Below are positions 59,846 through 64,000 of a DNA stretch of 64,000 bases, in pieces. The notes under the pieces are model-generated. The model was not told where the DNA came from, made no database searches, and saw only the letters and a list, made by a program, of their open reading frames with translations. Source of the DNA: the human T2T-CHM13v2.0 reference genome, Homo sapiens; NCBI GenBank assembly GCA_009914755.4, contig CP068257.2, positions 22,784,001 to 22,848,000 on the forward strand, written 5' to 3'. Within the stretch, counting starts at the first letter, position 1. Every line of letters begins with the position of its first letter. The position numbers were made by a program, and so were the translations under genes.

Positions 59846-60690
59846 ACATTTATTTATTAAATTTTATGTAGCATCAGAATCTTCAGCTAAGCTAGGCATG
59901 CTTCACAATGTAACACCCTTTAAAGCAAGAAGAATCTTGAATCTACTTCTCAACTATTTTGCATATATCTTCTCCAATTCTTTTCACATTCCCCGTTATG
60001 TCAGTTCCTATTCACCTCTTTTTTAGTCATCTCCATTTATTTTTAGCAGCTCATATTATCACCTAGACAAAAGGTCAAAGACTTTATCAGCCCCTGTTGT
60101 GTTCTGTTTGGGTTTTTGTTTGTAATGTCCTGTCTATTTTCCTTTTAAAATGGCAAAATGATAATTCTATATTATAAGGCATAATAACCTTGAGATTGCC
60201 CAATTGTTGTTGAGTGGATAATTTAAAAATAATTGTAGAGTTTTCGTCAAGAAAGTGAAAATAAACACAAGCCAGCATCAGTTCCATTTAAAGCAATACT
60301 ACATAGATAAGCCACTTCACCTTTTTAATATAGCATTGACATTGGCAACAAATGTTAAGGATGTCATATACACCATGAATTTGAATAAATTAAATGCAGA
60401 AACTAGTTGACAAGTCTATTTTTTCATAAAATTAATGTTAAAAATTGAGTTTAAGCTTGAGTGTCCTACTGTATTATTATTATTACATAACAAATGAGTT
60501 AGTTATATTGAAAATGTAGGAAAAGCAAACTTTTCCCAACCCCCCTCGCATCAAAGATGGTGTCTCTCAACTGCATTAGAAAATGCTGATTCAGGTAATC
60601 CCACCCTAACCCCAGATGCTGTCTAATAGTGTATTAGGAAACCCCTAGTAGCTTGGAAAGTATTAACCTAGTATTTCTGTTTATATTGCC

Positions 60691-60864
60691 TTGATTATTA
60701 GTGTAATTAAACATTTGATTTCATCTTTTGTAATACATAGGTGTATGTCTCTTAAAAATATTTTACCAATTGCTTACTTGATTATTAGTGTAATTGAACA
60801 TTTGATTTCATCTTTTGTGATACATAGGTGTATGTCTCTTAAAAATATTTTAGCAATTGCTTAT
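60691..60864. repeat. Tandem duplication, 87-bp unit x 2, about 95% identical
   Basis: ttgattattagtgtaattaaacatttgatttcatcttttgtaatacataggtgtatgtctcttaaaaatattttaccaattgcttac (60691-60777) is repeated at 60778-60864 with four substitutions. The ORF 60691-60876 translates to an internally repeated peptide as a consequence. Confidence 0.95.
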
Positions 60865-61792
60865 TTTTTCTTGTAGATTTTTCTTCTCTGAATCTTTTTT
60901 ATTGAAAATTTTATTCCTGAGTGAATCTCATAAGTTGCAAACATTGAATGAAGTAGGATTTTTAACTTTATTTTGTTCACATGTGTTGTCAAGTGTTTAA
61001 ATGCCATCAATAAATTTGTATATATTAAATTCCTTATACGATTTGTTACCACAGTCCTTATTATAGCTAGTTTTTCAGTTTGTTCCATTATATCACCATT
61101 TAATTGCTTTATAATTAATAGCATTTTTGAAAGAGTCTTCATAAGTCTTCAGTGATTTTCTTAAATTATTTTTATTTTGCAGTTAAATAATTTTCCAAAC
61201 AAATGAACTAATTTAAAGTGATAATTTTTACTGTTATTACTTTAATTTACATAATAATTTGGCAAGAAATGAATTCCAGTAGATATAGCAATGCATTGTA
61301 TTCCCTCTGCTGTAGTGGAAAGCGCCAGTGTTACAACTAGAAATAAAAATCTCAGGTATGGTAGTGTAGAAAAATTGAAGGTCTGCTAGCTGTCTCATAT
61401 GAATCCAAGTAGTTCTGTTCAGTGCTGGAAATAGCTTACGATGTCATGGTTCCAGGTTCTCTCTTGTTACTCTGTCATGTTCAGCAAACCATCCTTGCAG
61501 CTGTTTTTGCTTTCATCATCCCATTCTCATTGCAGGCAAATGGAAGAAGAAAGAGGAGAGTGGTGGTGTGTGCTTTCCCTTTAATGGCAGAACCCAACAG
61601 TCGTACACACCACTTCTACCCTCTTAAGATGGGTCAGAATCCAGGCCCAATTCCATGTATACATGGAAGAGAGGCTTATTAAAGTAGCCTTCAGTTGCTG
61701 GACAGAGTTCCATCCAAAACTACAGTTAATAGGTAAGTCGAGAACTTACATTAAGTGATAAATGGCAGTCTCTGCCAAGGAAAATATTCTTA

Positions 61793-63435
61793 TCCATGCT
61801 CATGGATAAGAAGAATCAATATCATGAAAATGGCCATACTGCCAAAAGTAATTTATAGATTCAATGCTATTCCCATCAAGCTACCATTGACTTTCTTCAC
61901 AGAATTAGAAAAAACTACTTTAAATTTCATATGGAACCAAAAAAGAGCCTGCATAGCCAAGACAATCCTCAGCAAAAAGAACAAAGCTGGAGGCAGCATG
62001 CTACCTGACTTCAAACTACACTACAAAGCTACAGTAACCAAAACAGCTTGGTGCTGGTACCAAAACAGATACATAGACCAAGGGAACAGAACAGAGGCCT
62101 AAGAAATAACACCACACATCTACAACCATTGAAACTTTGACTAACCAGACAAAAACAAGCCATGGGGAAAGGATTCCCTATTTAATACATGCTGATGGAA
62201 AAACTAGCTAGCCGTCTGCAGAAAACTGAAACTGGACCTTATACAAAAATTAACTTACATCTTATACAAAAATTAACTCAAGATAGATCAAAGATTTAAG
62301 TGTAAGACCTAAAACCAAAAAACCCTAGAAGAAAACCTAGGCAATACCATTCAGGACATAGGCATTGCCAAAAACCTTATGATGAAAATACCAAAAGGAA
62401 TGGCAACAAAAGCCAAAATTGACAAATGGGATCTAATTAAACTAAAGAGCTTCTGCACAGCAAAAGAAACTACCATCAGAGTGAACAGGCAACCTACAGA
62501 ATGGGAGAAAAATTTTGAAATCTATCTTTCTGACAAAGGGCTAATATCCAGAATCTATAAGGAACTTAAACAAATTTACAAGAAAAAAACAAACAACTCC
62601 ATCAGAAATTGGGCAAAGGATATGAACAGACACATCTCAAAAGAAGACATTTATGCAGCCACCAAACACATGAGAAAAAGCTCATCATCACTGGTCATTA
62701 GAGAAATGCAAATCAAAACCACAATGAGACACCATCTCACATCAGTTAGAATGGCGATCATTAAAAAGTCAGGAAACAACAGATTCTGGAGAGAATGTGG
62801 AGAAATAGAAATGGTTTTACACTGTTGGTGGGAGTGTAAATTAGTTCAACCATTGTGGAAGACAGTGTGGTGATTCCTCAAAAATCTAGAACTAGAAATA
62901 ACATTTGACCCTGAAATCACATTACTGGGTATATACCCAAAGATTATAAATCATTCTACTATAAAGACACATGCACACGTATCTTTATTGCAGCACTATT
63001 CACAATAGCAAAGATTTAGAACCAACCCAAGTGCCCATCAATGATAGACTGGACTAAGAAAATGTGGCATATGTACACCATGGGATACTATGCAGCCATA
63101 AAAAGAATGAGTTTATGTCCTTTGCAGGGACATGGATGAAGCTGGAAACCATCATTCTCAGCAAACTAACACAGGAACAGAAAACCAAACACCGCATGTT
63201 GTCACTCATAAGTGGGAGTTGAACAATGAGAATATATGGGCACAGGGAGGGGAACATCACACACTGGGGCCTGTCTGGGGGTTGGGGGCAATGGAAAGGA
63301 TAGCATTAGGTGAAATACGTAATGTAGATGGTGGGTTGATGGGTGCAGAAAACCACCATGGCACATGTACACCTATGTAACAAATCTGCATGTTCTGCAC
63401 ATGTATCTTAGAACTTAAGCATAACAAAAAAATAT
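61793..63435 (+). mobile_element. Second 5'-truncated L1 (L1PA-like), from mid-ORF2 to the 3' end, same orientation as the L1 at 48979
   Basis: atccatgctcatggataagaagaatcaatatcatgaaaatggccatactgccaaaagtaatttatagattcaatgctattcccatcaagctaccattgactttcttcacagaattagaaaaaactactttaaatttcatatggaaccaaaaaagagcctgcatagccaag ... ggtgcagaaaaccaccatggcacatgtacacctatgtaacaaatctgcatgttctgcacatgtatcttagaacttaagcataacaaaaaaata. There is a small internal duplication (ttatacaaaaattaact twice) at about 62245-62285. Confidence 0.95.
62379..62873 (+). pseudogene. L1 ORF2p C-terminal remnant (cysteine-rich region)
   Basis: [164 protein letters not shown] is the canonical end of L1 ORF2p. The paralogous segment in the first L1 is at 50018-50479. 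Confidence 0.9.
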
Positions 63436-64000
63436 ATTTCTGGGCAGAGGAAAAATACTTTGAAATTTACATTTAATCCAGTAAAATTTCAGTGCATTAA
63501 ATTAAAGCTTGTAATATAATAATGATAATAACAGACAGCATTTAAAGAGCACCTCTTGTGGATAATCAAGTTATTGAGAAATTATGTGTGTTATCTCTGG
63601 GATAAAGATTGCTGCATCCTTATATTCTTGTGTATAAACAGACCCTGTATATGTAAAAAAAGGAAAGAGAAAAGTATTTTTAAATGCACTAATTTGTAAT
63701 TACCACATAAACTATTACTCATGGAAGATTAGTTATTTGTTGTCAGTACTTTTTTTTTCCCTTTCAAAAATGTATTCAGATTTTACTATGGCCTAATATG
63801 TAATAAATGTATATTTCCTGTGTGTCCCATTGGGGCTTTCAAAGAAAACATATCTCTTTTAGAAAACATTTTTCACATAGAGATATTATGCATCATATTC
63901 AAAACCTTTGTAGATATCTTTCTTGAATTATTTTATGAGTCAAAGTTTATATTTCAGAAATATTTCTTTATTTTTTCCAGTAAAGGAGAAATCATTAATA

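Overview
This window is not prokaryotic. It reads as primate (almost certainly human) nuclear DNA from an AT-rich, gene-poor, repeat-dense region that is either intergenic or deeply intronic. I find no convincing cellular protein-coding exon, rRNA, tRNA or CRISPR array. There is no operon-like or defence-system-like architecture, so nothing I would call a previously undescribed biological system.

Transposable elements and simple repeats account for essentially everything the ORF track highlights:
- At least 16 Alu SINEs. Several have target-site duplications (TSDs) I can read directly. Two look young: CpG-rich, AluY-like, one with a perfect 17-bp TSD.
- Four or five ERVL-MaLR LTRs of the THE1/MST type. 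One is an LTR-internal-LTR proviral remnant, and one is an LTR followed by an internal fragment.
- Two 5'-truncated L1PA-like L1 3' portions on the + strand. Their ORF2 remnants produce the longest ORFs in the track (241 aa and 164 aa).
- Two minus-strand L1 3' ends, plus ancient L1 debris.
- Two MADE1 (Hsmar1-derived) MITEs.
- Numerous microsatellites: (TG)n, (AAAT)n, (AAAAT)n, (TTTTG)n, a (CACACATG)n-like tract, AT-rich minisatellites and poly-A/T runs.

The things not explained by known repeat families are small. There are two recent local tandem duplications, of 60 bp and 87 bp, each about two copies. There is one isolated GC-rich block of about 415 bp with open frames on both strands and no recognisable identity. 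There is one unclassified LTR-like segment.

Every family and subfamily call rests on my recognising consensus sequences by eye, with no database search. Coordinates of element ends are accurate to roughly 5-10 bp. Repeat family names, especially THE1 versus MST subfamilies and L1PA versus L1M age classes, should be confirmed with RepeatMasker/Dfam.
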